Assembly (NCBI GenBank): GCA_038063195.1
Contig: JBBTVO010000003.1
Location: 1-55,284, forward strand
Direction: 5' to 3'
DNA from: Patescibacteria group bacterium
Lineage (GTDB): Bacteria > Patescibacteriota > Microgenomatia > Levybacterales > UBA12049
DNA: 55,284 nt
The notes beneath the pieces are model-generated. The model had not been told where the DNA came from and did no database searches. It saw only the letters and a program-made list of their open reading frames with translations. The position numbers and the translations under genes are program-made. Each line of letters begins with the position of its first letter. The stretch's first letter is position 1. This document shows, in pieces, positions 26,976 through 35,162 of the stretch.

Positions 26976-27010
26976 TGGTATCTAGTATCTAATTTCTATT
27001 ATCTATTTTT
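26976..27010. repeat. heptamer array TGGTATC TAGTATC TAATTTC TATTATC TATTTTT
   Basis: Ends 2 nt before the rpsR ATG; its words are reverse complements of those at 26906-26940. Confidence 0.75.
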
Positions 27011-27012
27011 TT

Positions 27013-27255
27013 ATGGCAAGAAAAAGGTCAAGAATAAAAGTTATCAGAGTAAAAGAAGCGTGCTACTTCTGTAAAAACGAAAAGAGCCCTTCGTACGGCG
27101 ACGTCTCAACGCTTAGGAGATTTTTGAGCGAAAGGAATAAAATCCTATCCCGGGCCCGAAGCGGTGTTTGCTCCAAGCATCAGCGTGATCTTTCAAAGAG
27201 TATTAAGCACGCAAGACATTTGGCACTTTTGCCTTTTACGGCAAATGAAATGTAA
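27013..27255 (+). CDS. rpsR: 30S ribosomal protein S18
   Basis: CYFCKN...FLSERNKILSRARSGVCSKHQRDLSKSIKHARHLALLPF. Confidence 0.85.
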   Translation: MARKRSRIKVIRVKEACYFCKNEKSPSYGDVSTLRRFLSERNKILSRARSGVCSKHQRDLSKSIKHARHLALLPFTANEM

Positions 27256-27258
27256 AAT

Positions 27259-27300
27259 TAACTTATAACTTATAACTAATAACTTATAACTAATAACTAC
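27259..27300. repeat. heptamer array TAACTTA x2, TAACTAA, TAACTTA, TAACTAA, TAACTAC
   Basis: Fills the spacer between rpsR and 27305. Confidence 0.85.
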
Positions 27301-27304
27301 ACTT

Positions 27305-28063
27305 ATGACTTCACTGTCCATAAAACTCGAAAATGGCTTTTCTCCAAAAGTAAAAGCAGGTGACAAAGTCGCAGTCGGACAGCTTTTGGCTGAAAAAAGC
27401 ATCAAAGGCACTGACCACGAGATTCATATTGCGAGACTTCTTGAAGTTCCTCCCCAAATTTCTTCAAAATTTGTTATCAAAAGACCCGGCGACCGTGTAG
27501 GACAGGGCGCTATAGTTGCTGTAAAAAAAGGTGCACTTGGAATGGGAGGCAAAAAAGCTGTAAGTCCTATTGAAGGGACTGTTTTTAAATTCGAAAACGA
27601 GACAGGAATTTTGACAATAAGGTCATCTACTGAGTCTCAAATAGAAAATTTATTCTCACCAGTTGATGGAGAAGTTGCGGTATGCGATAATGAGAAAATT
27701 ACTATAAAAACCCAGAAGGGAGTAATTGCCGCAAGTGTTGTTTTGGGTGTAGGCAGTTTTGAAGCAGAGCTGTATGTGGTAAAAGGTGATGAGGTAAGCT
27801 CGGCCGATTTGAAAAGTGACCTTAAAGGAAAAGTTGTCGTAGGCAAATCCCTGGACAGGGAGGTAATTGCCAAATCCCTGGGGCTTGGCGCAAAAGGTGT
27901 TATAGGAGGAAATATAAACGAGGAAGATATTGCCGATCTTAAAGCACGGATGACCAGGACTCCAATATTTGTAGTGAGTGATGAGGATATTGAAAAGATA
28001 ATAAAGTCAGATGGAAAGAAGATATATCTTGATACGGAAAAAAAGACTTTAATCTCACAATGA
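27305..28063 (+). CDS. hypothetical protein (N-terminal barrel-sandwich-hybrid-like segment)
   Basis: 252-aa ORF; KAGDKVAVGQLLAEK resembles lipoyl/hybrid-barrel motifs only loosely. Confidence 0.4.
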   Translation: MTSLSIKLENGFSPKVKAGDKVAVGQLLAEKSIKGTDHEIHIARLLEVPPQISSKFVIKRPGDRVGQGAIVAVKKGALGMGGKKAVSPIEGTVFKFENETGILTIRSSTESQIENLFSPVDGEVAVCDNEKITIKTQKGVIAASVVLGVGSFEAELYVVKGDEVSSADLKSDLKGKVVVGKSLDREVIAKSLGLGAKGVIGGNINEEDIADLKARMTRTPIFVVSDEDIEKIIKSDGKKIYLDTEKKTLISQ

Positions 28064-29328
28064 ACAAAACACGGAAACTTCAGTTCATAATATTAATTTT
28101 AATAACTTTTTTCCTTGGGTACTTTATAGGAACTTCAAAGATAAGCGTTGACTGGAAAAATTACAAACCCACTCTTTCTGTTACAAGCAAAGAGCCTCCG
28201 GCGGGAGTCAGTGCCGACTTTTCAAATTTCTGGGCAGTATGGCAGGGAGTAAATGATAAGTATTATGACAAGACAAAAGTCGATCCCCAAAAGATGCTCA
28301 ATGGCGCAATTTCGGGAATGCTCGGAGCGCTTGATGATCCATTCACGCTTTACCTTCCGCCTGTTTCAAATAATGATTTTAAGCAGGGAATGGCAGGTGA
28401 GTTCTCGGGAATAGGTGCTGAGCTTGGAACGCGCGATAACAAGATTGTTGTTATCTCGCCGCTCTCGGACAGTCCTGCAATCAAAGCGGGTGTGAAACCG
28501 GAAGACATGATCCTTAAAGTTGACGGAGCATCGACTCAGGGATGGACTCTTTCTCAAACTGTGAGTAAAATCAGGGGTCCTAAGGGAACTTCTGTCACGC
28601 TTAATATTCAGCACAAAGATTCTAAGACCGCAATCGATGTAAAAATAGTAAGAGGTGTGATTACAGTAAAAAGTATTGACGGATATGTAAAGAAAATAAA
28701 GGATGTTACAGGAATTAAAATGACTGATTCAATTAAAGCCGGCGGAGAAAAAGAAATTATGTATCTTAAGCTTTCCCAATTTGGTGATAAGACCAATTCA
28801 GACTGGGAGGCTCTAATAAACCAGCTGAATTTAAAAGTCCAGAATAATCCAAATTTCAAAGGAATTATTCTAGACCTTCGGAACAATCCCGGAGGTTATC
28901 TTACAGATGCCGCATTTATCACGTCAGAATTTATAGAGAAAGGTCAGCCTGTGGTAATGCAGGAAGAAAGCGGCGGAGGAAGGACTAAGCTCAATGCGGA
29001 CAGACGCGGACTTCTTCTTACCCAGCCGCTTGTAGTTCTTATAAATAAAGGAAGCGCTTCGGCAAGCGAGATAGTTTCAGGAGCGCTCCGTGACTACAAA
29101 AGAGCAAAGCTTGTGGGAGAGACATCTTTTGGAAAAGGTACTGTCCAGCAGGCACAGGATTTGGGCGGGGGTGCCGGAGTCCATATAACTATTGCCAAAT
29201 GGCTTACTCCAAAAGGTACATGGGTGAATGGCAAAGGTCTTGACCCTGACATAAAAGTTACACCCGACACTAAGGATCAGGCCCATGACCTACAGCTTGA
29301 AAAAGCCATAGAAGAACTGCTAGAATAA
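28060..29328 (+). CDS. ctpA: carboxy-terminal processing peptidase, family S41
   Basis: PDZ region, DLRNNPGGYL, GSASASEIVSGAL, FGKGTVQ. Confidence 0.85.
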   Translation: MNKTRKLQFIILILITFFLGYFIGTSKISVDWKNYKPTLSVTSKEPPAGVSADFSNFWAVWQGVNDKYYDKTKVDPQKMLNGAISGMLGALDDPFTLYLPPVSNNDFKQGMAGEFSGIGAELGTRDNKIVVISPLSDSPAIKAGVKPEDMILKVDGASTQGWTLSQTVSKIRGPKGTSVTLNIQHKDSKTAIDVKIVRGVITVKSIDGYVKKIKDVTGIKMTDSIKAGGEKEIMYLKLSQFGDKTNSDWEALINQLNLKVQNNPNFKGIILDLRNNPGGYLTDAAFITSEFIEKGQPVVMQEESGGGRTKLNADRRGLLLTQPLVVLINKGSASASEIVSGALRDYKRAKLVGETSFGKGTVQQAQDLGGGAGVHITIAKWLTPKGTWVNGKGLDPDIKVTPDTKDQAHDLQLEKAIEELLE

Positions 29329-29364
29329 CCCGCTCATTTCTTAAAATTTAAAATTATTTTGTTC

Positions 29365-29394
29365 AAATACTAATATACTAGTATATTAGTATTT
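29365..29394. repeat. perfect 30-bp AT-rich palindrome AAATACTAATATACT|AGTATATTAGTATTT centred on CTAG
   Basis: Read directly; lies between ctpA and the murB promoter. Confidence 0.85.
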
Positions 29395-29434
29395 ATAGCT
29401 TAGATTTTGGGATCGGTTTCTGTATGTTTTTTTG

Positions 29435-29464
29435 TTGGCTAAAACATTCTATTTTTAATATAAT
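29435..29464 (+). promoter_or_regulatory. TTGGCT-18-TATAAT, 6 nt before the murB ATG
   Basis: Read directly. Confidence 0.5.
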
Positions 29465-29470
29465 ACTAGG

Positions 29471-30514
29471 ATGATAAAGAAGAATGTTTTACTATCGGGT
29501 TTTTCAAGCTACAAGATTGGCGGTCCTGCGAAATATTTCGCAGAGATAGGAAACGAGAAAGATTTAATAGGAGTTTTTAAAAACCCCGAGGTGGCGAAGC
29601 TGTTCCACCTCCCAGGTGGTAAAGGCGTAGTTGTCTTGGGTGGCGGTACCAATGTTCTTATTGATGACAAAGGATATGATGGATTAGTCATCTTAAACAA
29701 AATTAAACACATAAAAAGAGACGGTTCAGATGTTATCGCCGGCTCAGGTGTTCAGATTGAAGATTTACTCAATTTTTGTATAGAAAATTCTCTGTCCGGC
29801 CTTGAGTGGGCAGGAGGACTGCCGGGAACTTTGGGCGGGGCAGTGCGGGGTAATGCCGGAGCATTCGGGGGAGAAATGAAAGACGTTGTAGTTAAAGTTA
29901 CGAGTTTAAGATTTGATTTTAAGCCTACAAGCGAACTTGCAAGGTCGGACCTTGTCAGCCGAATTGCAAGGTCGGACCTTGTCAGCCGAAATCCTGCAAC
30001 CTCGCAGGTTGGAAGAGAGATTCGGATAAGAAATAAAGACGAGTGCTCGTTTGGTTATAGAAATAGTGTTTTTAAATCACAGGTTTCCGATGAAATTATC
30101 ACAGAGGTGGTTTTAAATTTAAAAAAAGGCGATAGGGAAGCGATTAGGAAGCAAATTGAGGAAAAAATAAATTACAGGAAAGAAAGGCACCCCAGTCTTG
30201 TAAATGAGCCAAATGCAGGGAGCACCTTCAAAAATATTCCAATAGAAAATCTACCAAAAGCTGTGGCTGAAGAATTTAAAGATAAAATCAAGACTGATCC
30301 GTTTCCAGTACTTCCTGTAGTTAAGTTAATCGCAGGAGCGGGGATGACCGGACAAAGAGCGGGAAACATAGTAGTGTCTCCTATACACCCAAATTATTTA
30401 GTAAATATCGGAAAGGGAACTTCTCGGGATGTTTTAAGTTTAATAGATAGAATAAAAAAGGCGGTGAAAGAAAAATACGGGGTAGAATTAGAAGAAGAAA
30501 TAACATTAGTTTAA
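29471..30514 (+). CDS. murB: UDP-N-acetylenolpyruvoylglucosamine reductase with ~27-aa in-frame repeat insert
   Basis: GGGTNVLI, GLPGTLGGAVRGNAGAFGGE, FGYRNSVFK, AGSTFKN; ATG 6 nt after TATAAT. Confidence 0.85.
   Translation: MIKKNVLLSGFSSYKIGGPAKYFAEIGNEKDLIGVFKNPEVAKLFHLPGGKGVVVLGGGTNVLIDDKGYDGLVILNKIKHIKRDGSDVIAGSGVQIEDLLNFCIENSLSGLEWAGGLPGTLGGAVRGNAGAFGGEMKDVVVKVTSLRFDFKPTSELARSDLVSRIARSDLVSRNPATSQVGREIRIRNKDECSFGYRNSVFKSQVSDEIITEVVLNLKKGDREAIRKQIEEKINYRKERHPSLVNEPNAGSTFKNIPIENLPKAVAEEFKDKIKTDPFPVLPVVKLIAGAGMTGQRAGNIVVSPIHPNYLVNIGKGTSRDVLSLIDRIKKAVKEKYGVELEEEITLV
29937..30011 (+). repeat. in-frame repeat insert in murB: 2 x 27-bp tandem unit (each with palindrome CAAGGTCGGACCTTG) plus palindrome CAACCTCGCAGGTTG
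   Basis: Units at 29937-29963 and 29964-29990 are identical; encoded as LARSDLVSRIARSDLVSRNPATSQVG. Confidence 0.85.
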
Positions 30515-30545
30515 TTAACCTAATTAATCTAATTGACCTAATTTC
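30510..30545 (+). repeat. 9-mer array TTTAATTAA CCTAATTAA TCTAATTGA CCTAATTTC
   Basis: Between the murB stop and the four-helix-bundle gene. Confidence 0.75.
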
Positions 30546-30551
30546 TAAACA

Positions 30552-30911
30552 ATGACTAAAAAATCCAATACAAAATATGACCTCGAAGAAAGAACCGCAA
30601 AGTTGGGAGAAGATATTATTAAATTTTGTAAAAAAATTCCAAGAGGACCAGTAACGGATCCATTGATTAATCAATTGGTAAAATGCGGAACAAGCGTTGG
30701 TGCCAATTACTGCGAAGCGGATGATGCTGAGAGCAAACAGGATTTCAGGCATAAAATTGGTATTTGTAAAAAAGAATCTCGGGAAGCAAAGCATTTTCTC
30801 AGAATGATTGAGACTGCAGTGCCTGTACTAAAAGAAGAGATAAGGCCATTATGGCAGGAAGCAAAAGAATTAAACTTGATTTTTAATTCAATTTATATAA
30901 AAGTTAGATGA
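30552..30911 (+). CDS. four-helix-bundle protein (23S rRNA intervening-sequence protein / Avd-like family)
   Basis: NQLVKCGTSVGANYCEADDAESKQDFRHKIGICKKESREAKHFLRMI. Confidence 0.8.
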   Translation: MTKKSNTKYDLEERTAKLGEDIIKFCKKIPRGPVTDPLINQLVKCGTSVGANYCEADDAESKQDFRHKIGICKKESREAKHFLRMIETAVPVLKEEIRPLWQEAKELNLIFNSIYIKVR

Positions 30912-30922
30912 TTGGGACCTAT

Positions 30923-30958
30923 TTAGGTTAATTAGGGTAATTAGTGCAATTAGGTCAA
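30923..30958 (-). repeat. 9-mer array TTAGGTTAA TTAGGGTAA TTAGTGCAA TTAGGTCAA (complement of the left array units)
   Basis: TTAACCTAA and TTGACCTAA of the left array reappear here as reverse complements. Confidence 0.7.
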
Positions 30959-30989
30959 GTTGCTCCTTAAGCGAAGCTTAAGGAGCAAC
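30959..30989. terminator. perfect 14-bp stem hairpin GTTGCTCCTTAAGC-GAA-GCTTAAGGAGCAAC between convergent genes
   Basis: Overlaps the last four codons and the stop of the giant ORF; no clean U-tract. Confidence 0.5.
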
Positions 30990-33900
30990 TTCCTGATATA
31001 TCGTTTTTATTTGCTTAATACTCTCCGGAGCGTTGAGTACGAAGTCAGGCCGTTCCTTGATAGTAAATACCGGACAAAAAGCATTGTTTGTGCAAAGAGT
31101 TCTGTTGTTTATGAATTGACCGCCGGTTTTCCCCGCATTTACAATTACGGTCCCTGCCATATTAAGTCTGAAGTCTGGGGTTACGCAGCTATCATTGTTG
31201 TTGTCTATTATGAAATCGCTATCCGCAGAATAATATCCTTCAACCTGTGTCGCGGCCGAATTCCACGCAGTACCTATGCTTTTATCTATGTGTATATCAC
31301 CCCTGACGATAAACGTGAGAGTAGAGGTTTTGGGGACAAAAATTTTAGCGGCTATGGTAAGATTTCCATCAATCAGAATTATTACCTTTGTGCTTGCGGC
31401 AAGAGTATAATCACTGCTGTTTACAATTTTGACATCACTGCCAGCAGTATATACACCGCTTGCAAGCGCCGGTAATGTACAGCTCAGCAAAGTGCACGAT
31501 AAGTTTGTAGGAGTTATCCCTGATTGCCTAACTCTTCCCAATACATAAGCATACGAGGTGGTGTAAATTCCTTTTGACGGGGCATAAATGTCTTGATATT
31601 CTGCTGAGCCGACTTTCCAATTTGCAGGAGGTGCGGATGCAGAGCCTGCAGGACCAAAATATGCAGGTGAGTCTCCGGTAAAGATTATTCCCGGTGATCC
31701 GCCAGCGCCATTAACAGAAGTAAAGGCGTCGCCGAAAGGAGCAGTGCATACGCCGGGAGCAGCAGGAGGAACTTTAGCAGTGCTTGGTATTACATTGTCA
31801 AGTCCGCTGTCAAATCTTATATCAGTTCCGCCGGATTGAAACCATGCGGATGAAGTCTTAAATCCGAAATTAAGATTTGTAATATTTCCGTCTGCGTGGC
31901 ATGATGCTCCGGCAGATGTTCCTGTTGCTCCGGGGCTACAGCTTGGCCCGACAGTTACGATGTGTGTCAGAGAAGGAGGGAAAGATACCTGATAGCCTGA
32001 AGGAGGACTGCCGAGATAAGTTAACAAATATTTCCCCGCAGGGACACTGATACTTCCGGTTCCGGGATAATATCCTCCAACTGAAGCATTAACTACGCCG
32101 CTTATAGACACAGTTTCGTTTCTGTAGAAGACACTGTAAGACCCGCTCAGGTTGGGCTCTCCGACATCGTATTGGCCATTACTGTTGGCATCAGCCACTT
32201 GCTGTCCTGAGATGGTGTAGGGTGGCGAGAACACTACAGTGACTGTAGTAGGAGCATTTAAGATAACTGTGCATGTAGTACCTGCTCCGGAGCATCCGCC
32301 GCCTGACCAGGACTCAATAAGCGATCCGGGGTCTGGAGTTGCGGTAAGAGTTATCGATGTACCCGGACCATATGACTCTGAGCAATCAGCTCCGCAAGAA
32401 ATCCCGGGAGGACTGGATACAACAGTTCCTGTACCCGGACCGGGCTTGCTAATGGTAAGTGTGTACAGAGGGATGATACCAAAGTTTACTCCATATACGT
32501 CAGCAGTAGTTACCGCCACGGTTCTGGGATTTACATAATTGAGGTCTGTACCAGTATAACTATAGACATAGCCGGCGGGCGCAGTGATTTCGATAGTGTG
32601 ACTTTGATTACCGAGAAGATAGTTGTATGTGAAATCTCCGCCGGTTAGGGTTTTGTCGGAAAATGCAGCGCCATTAAGTGACATGCTAAGAGTGCTTCCT
32701 GTATAATTTGCTTCTGCCCCGTTTTTGATTCCGTCGCCGTTACTATCTAGATAAATTGCCCCAGAGATATTGTATGTAGGCCGTAATCCTATATCCCGCC
32801 TTACCGATGCATTTGTAATATTTATGGTCGCAGGCGTTTTCCAGCCGTAACTGATAGGAGAGCTTGGTTGAATATTGGTAAGAGCAAGCCAGTTAAGAGG
32901 GAAGGTATAATTAGCGAGAGAATTAGAATAAACAATGGAATAGTTGGTGCTTGCGCTTACACTTAGACTGTAATTTCCATTTGCATCTGGTGGAGTTCTT
33001 GCTATTACGCTACTGGAACTGGGAAATTGACAAGTTGAAGTACAAAGCCAAATAGCTGATCCAACCTCGGAGCCAGGTATAAAAGGCTCTCCCGTGTCTT
33101 TCGTTCCGTTTCCATTGTAATCAACAAATACAGTGCCATATATAGCAAGGGGTGGGGGTGTTGGGGTGGGGGTTAGGCCAGACACGTTAACATCCGTATC
33201 GGTTGCTCCAGACTCACAAGTGCGTCCGTCAGACAAATCTGCAGTTCCCCATACTGCTGTTGCGCCGCTTGCTACAGCCGTGACTGCCGTGGTATAAATC
33301 GAGGTTGTATCGGAAGCGGGATTAACAGTTGCTATAGAGGTATTATATGAACCAAAACGCATCCGTGTAATTGTTGCAGATCCAAGTCCTGAAGTCACGC
33401 TAGCTGTAACTGTTCCGGCAGCTCCTCCTACAGTTAGGTTAAGTACAGGCGGCGAAGTCGTTACCGCGCATGACCCGGCAGCAGGCGTGGGAGTAGGGGC
33501 GGGGATGGCGCAGGCGCCTGTTCCGGTATTACAAACTTGTCCGCTTGGGCATCCGCATTTAACGCAGTCATTAACTGGAGGATTGTCTTTTATTTTACAA
33601 TCCAGCGGCTGACCGCCGGCTACACAAAAGCCTACGGGAGTACGAGCAGGGTCCGTGCAAGTTCCGGGAGTAGTGGGGCAGGCGGGGAAGGTGGTGATTA
33701 TATTTTCCAGAAATTTTAAAATCCACTGAGCGTCTTTGGCTGTGACATCGCTTCCAGCAGATTGAACACTAGGGGAACCTCCCGGATCGACCACATCCGC
33801 TCTTTCTATCTGAGATGTGGTAAGAGTTCCGCCTCCGATATAATCTAGTATTTTGTAGGAGTCCAGCGTAGATATCTTTCCGTCGCCGTCCACATCTCCG

Positions 33901-35162
33901 TACTGGTAAGGCGCGCCCAGAGGGTTGGTGCCTGAGCCGGTGAGAGTTGAGGGGACAGGACATGAGGAAGTTTTGGGATCATAGACTGTAACTTGCATAC
34001 GACTGCTAGCTCCGCAATCCGTCCATGGAGAAGGGATTTGGAAAGGATTGCCAGTGCACTTGCTTCCGGAGTTGCTATGTGCATTGACAACCACCCAATA
34101 AGTACCGGGAGTACTGAACGCCTTTGAAGCAGAAAATGATTGAGACGACCCAAAAAGTGTGTAGGGAGAACCTGTAAATGCAGTCCAACTCTCACCTGAG
34201 GTTGGCGACGAATACATTTCTCCCTTTGATAGACTTTGAAAATTAGGATCATTTGCTGTGCCTGTAAAGCTTACCGTTTGACCAGTTGTTGCATAAGAGC
34301 GACCTGTTATTGACGCAGTAACAGGAGGAGGGGAAAGTCCAAAATCAGAAACTTTTGTGTTGCCGCCCGCGGTGACGTTTACGCTATAGGAAGTTGGTGT
34401 GGTATTTCCCCAGCCGCCCATCGTGGGCATATCTACCCTGACAGTGTAAGTCCCTACTGGAAGCTGCCCTGACTGATAGTAAGGGTTATTTGGATCACAA
34501 CTGTTAGCCCAGATACTTATATTGCCCGGATCAGCAATAGCCTGGACACCTGCTATATTATGTAGCCCCGAAGGACAGTTTTCGGTATTTTGCATGAATG
34601 GTTCACCCAATTGCCAGACGCTATCTTTGTTCTGATCATCAAAAATATAACCCCACAAACTTCCGGTTGACGGGGGAGGGATAGAAGGGCAACTATTACC
34701 AGTTGAATCAGTTGCGGGAACGTAGTTAACTCCAGTTCCCAAGTTATTTCCCGGATTGTAAGTTACTGTATCTCTCCAAGCTAATAGACCGAGCGCAGAA
34801 TTATTTATAAATGGATCAACTATAGGATCTATGCATTGCGTCCACCACAGCATTTGAGGTGGGCCTGTAAAATATTCATTAAGTTGATATGCAACCCCTA
34901 TGTCATTTCCTGAACAAGCAGAATTATTGAATACAGGACGGGTTATTTTACGCCTATATGCACCGCTTGAGCCGTCAGAGTAAAGCCATTTATAAGCAAC
35001 CTCCCAGTCAGTTCCCGTGTTGGTTTCACAAAACGTAACCTCAGTGTCATAGAATCCAGGATATGCTTCTGCGTGACCTACATCTAAAGTAAGATAAGCA
35101 CAGAAAAATAATATTAAAATTAACGAACTTAATATCGTATTTTTTATACGCCAAATAATCAT
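30978..35162 (-). CDS. giant secreted surface/adhesin-like protein (1394 aa)
   Basis: Signal-like N-terminus. Dockerin/EF-hand-like DVDGDGKISTLDSYKILDY. Repeated SdrD-B/Cna-B-like motifs (VFVDYNGNGTKDTGEP, IYLDSNGDGIKNGAE, DANSNGQYDVGEP). InlB-B-repeat-like GTGTVVSSPPGISCGADCSESY...TLTATPDPG. G/T/S/P-rich. Confidence 0.8.
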   Translation of the reverse strand: MIIWRIKNTILSSLILILFFCAYLTLDVGHAEAYPGFYDTEVTFCETNTGTDWEVAYKWLYSDGSSGAYRRKITRPVFNNSACSGNDIGVAYQLNEYFTGPPQMLWWTQCIDPIVDPFINNSALGLLAWRDTVTYNPGNNLGTGVNYVPATDSTGNSCPSIPPPSTGSLWGYIFDDQNKDSVWQLGEPFMQNTENCPSGLHNIAGVQAIADPGNISIWANSCDPNNPYYQSGQLPVGTYTVRVDMPTMGGWGNTTPTSYSVNVTAGGNTKVSDFGLSPPPVTASITGRSYATTGQTVSFTGTANDPNFQSLSKGEMYSSPTSGESWTAFTGSPYTLFGSSQSFSASKAFSTPGTYWVVVNAHSNSGSKCTGNPFQIPSPWTDCGASSRMQVTVYDPKTSSCPVPSTLTGSGTNPLGAPYQYGDVDGDGKISTLDSYKILDYIGGGTLTTSQIERADVVDPGGSPSVQSAGSDVTAKDAQWILKFLENIITTFPACPTTPGTCTDPARTPVGFCVAGGQPLDCKIKDNPPVNDCVKCGCPSGQVCNTGTGACAIPAPTPTPAAGSCAVTTSPPVLNLTVGGAAGTVTASVTSGLGSATITRMRFGSYNTSIATVNPASDTTSIYTTAVTAVASGATAVWGTADLSDGRTCESGATDTDVNVSGLTPTPTPPPLAIYGTVFVDYNGNGTKDTGEPFIPGSEVGSAIWLCTSTCQFPSSSSVIARTPPDANGNYSLSVSASTNYSIVYSNSLANYTFPLNWLALTNIQPSSPISYGWKTPATINITNASVRRDIGLRPTYNISGAIYLDSNGDGIKNGAEANYTGSTLSMSLNGAAFSDKTLTGGDFTYNYLLGNQSHTIEITAPAGYVYSYTGTDLNYVNPRTVAVTTADVYGVNFGIIPLYTLTISKPGPGTGTVVSSPPGISCGADCSESYGPGTSITLTATPDPGSLIESWSGGGCSGAGTTCTVILNAPTTVTVVFSPPYTISGQQVADANSNGQYDVGEPNLSGSYSVFYRNETVSISGVVNASVGGYYPGTGSISVPAGKYLLTYLGSPPSGYQVSFPPSLTHIVTVGPSCSPGATGTSAGASCHADGNITNLNFGFKTSSAWFQSGGTDIRFDSGLDNVIPSTAKVPPAAPGVCTAPFGDAFTSVNGAGGSPGIIFTGDSPAYFGPAGSASAPPANWKVGSAEYQDIYAPSKGIYTTSYAYVLGRVRQSGITPTNLSCTLLSCTLPALASGVYTAGSDVKIVNSSDYTLAASTKVIILIDGNLTIAAKIFVPKTSTLTFIVRGDIHIDKSIGTAWNSAATQVEGYYSADSDFIIDNNNDSCVTPDFRLNMAGTVIVNAGKTGGQFINNRTLCTNNAFCPVFTIKERPDFVLNAPESIKQIKTIYQEVAP

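Noticed and set aside
30960-34252. Long ORFs antisense or out of frame within the giant gene (30960..31475, 32239..32538, 33537..33719, 33769..33963, 33845..34252)
   Set aside because: These are shadow ORFs produced by the GC-rich, stop-poor composition of the 1394-aa gene. They have no start context or recognisable motifs.
30552-35162. Diversity-generating retroelement (Avd-like four-helix-bundle gene next to a large surface protein)
   Set aside because: There is no reverse transcriptase ORF in the window. I found no template/variable repeat pair matching the 3' end of the giant gene. The accessory gene is also on the opposite strand.
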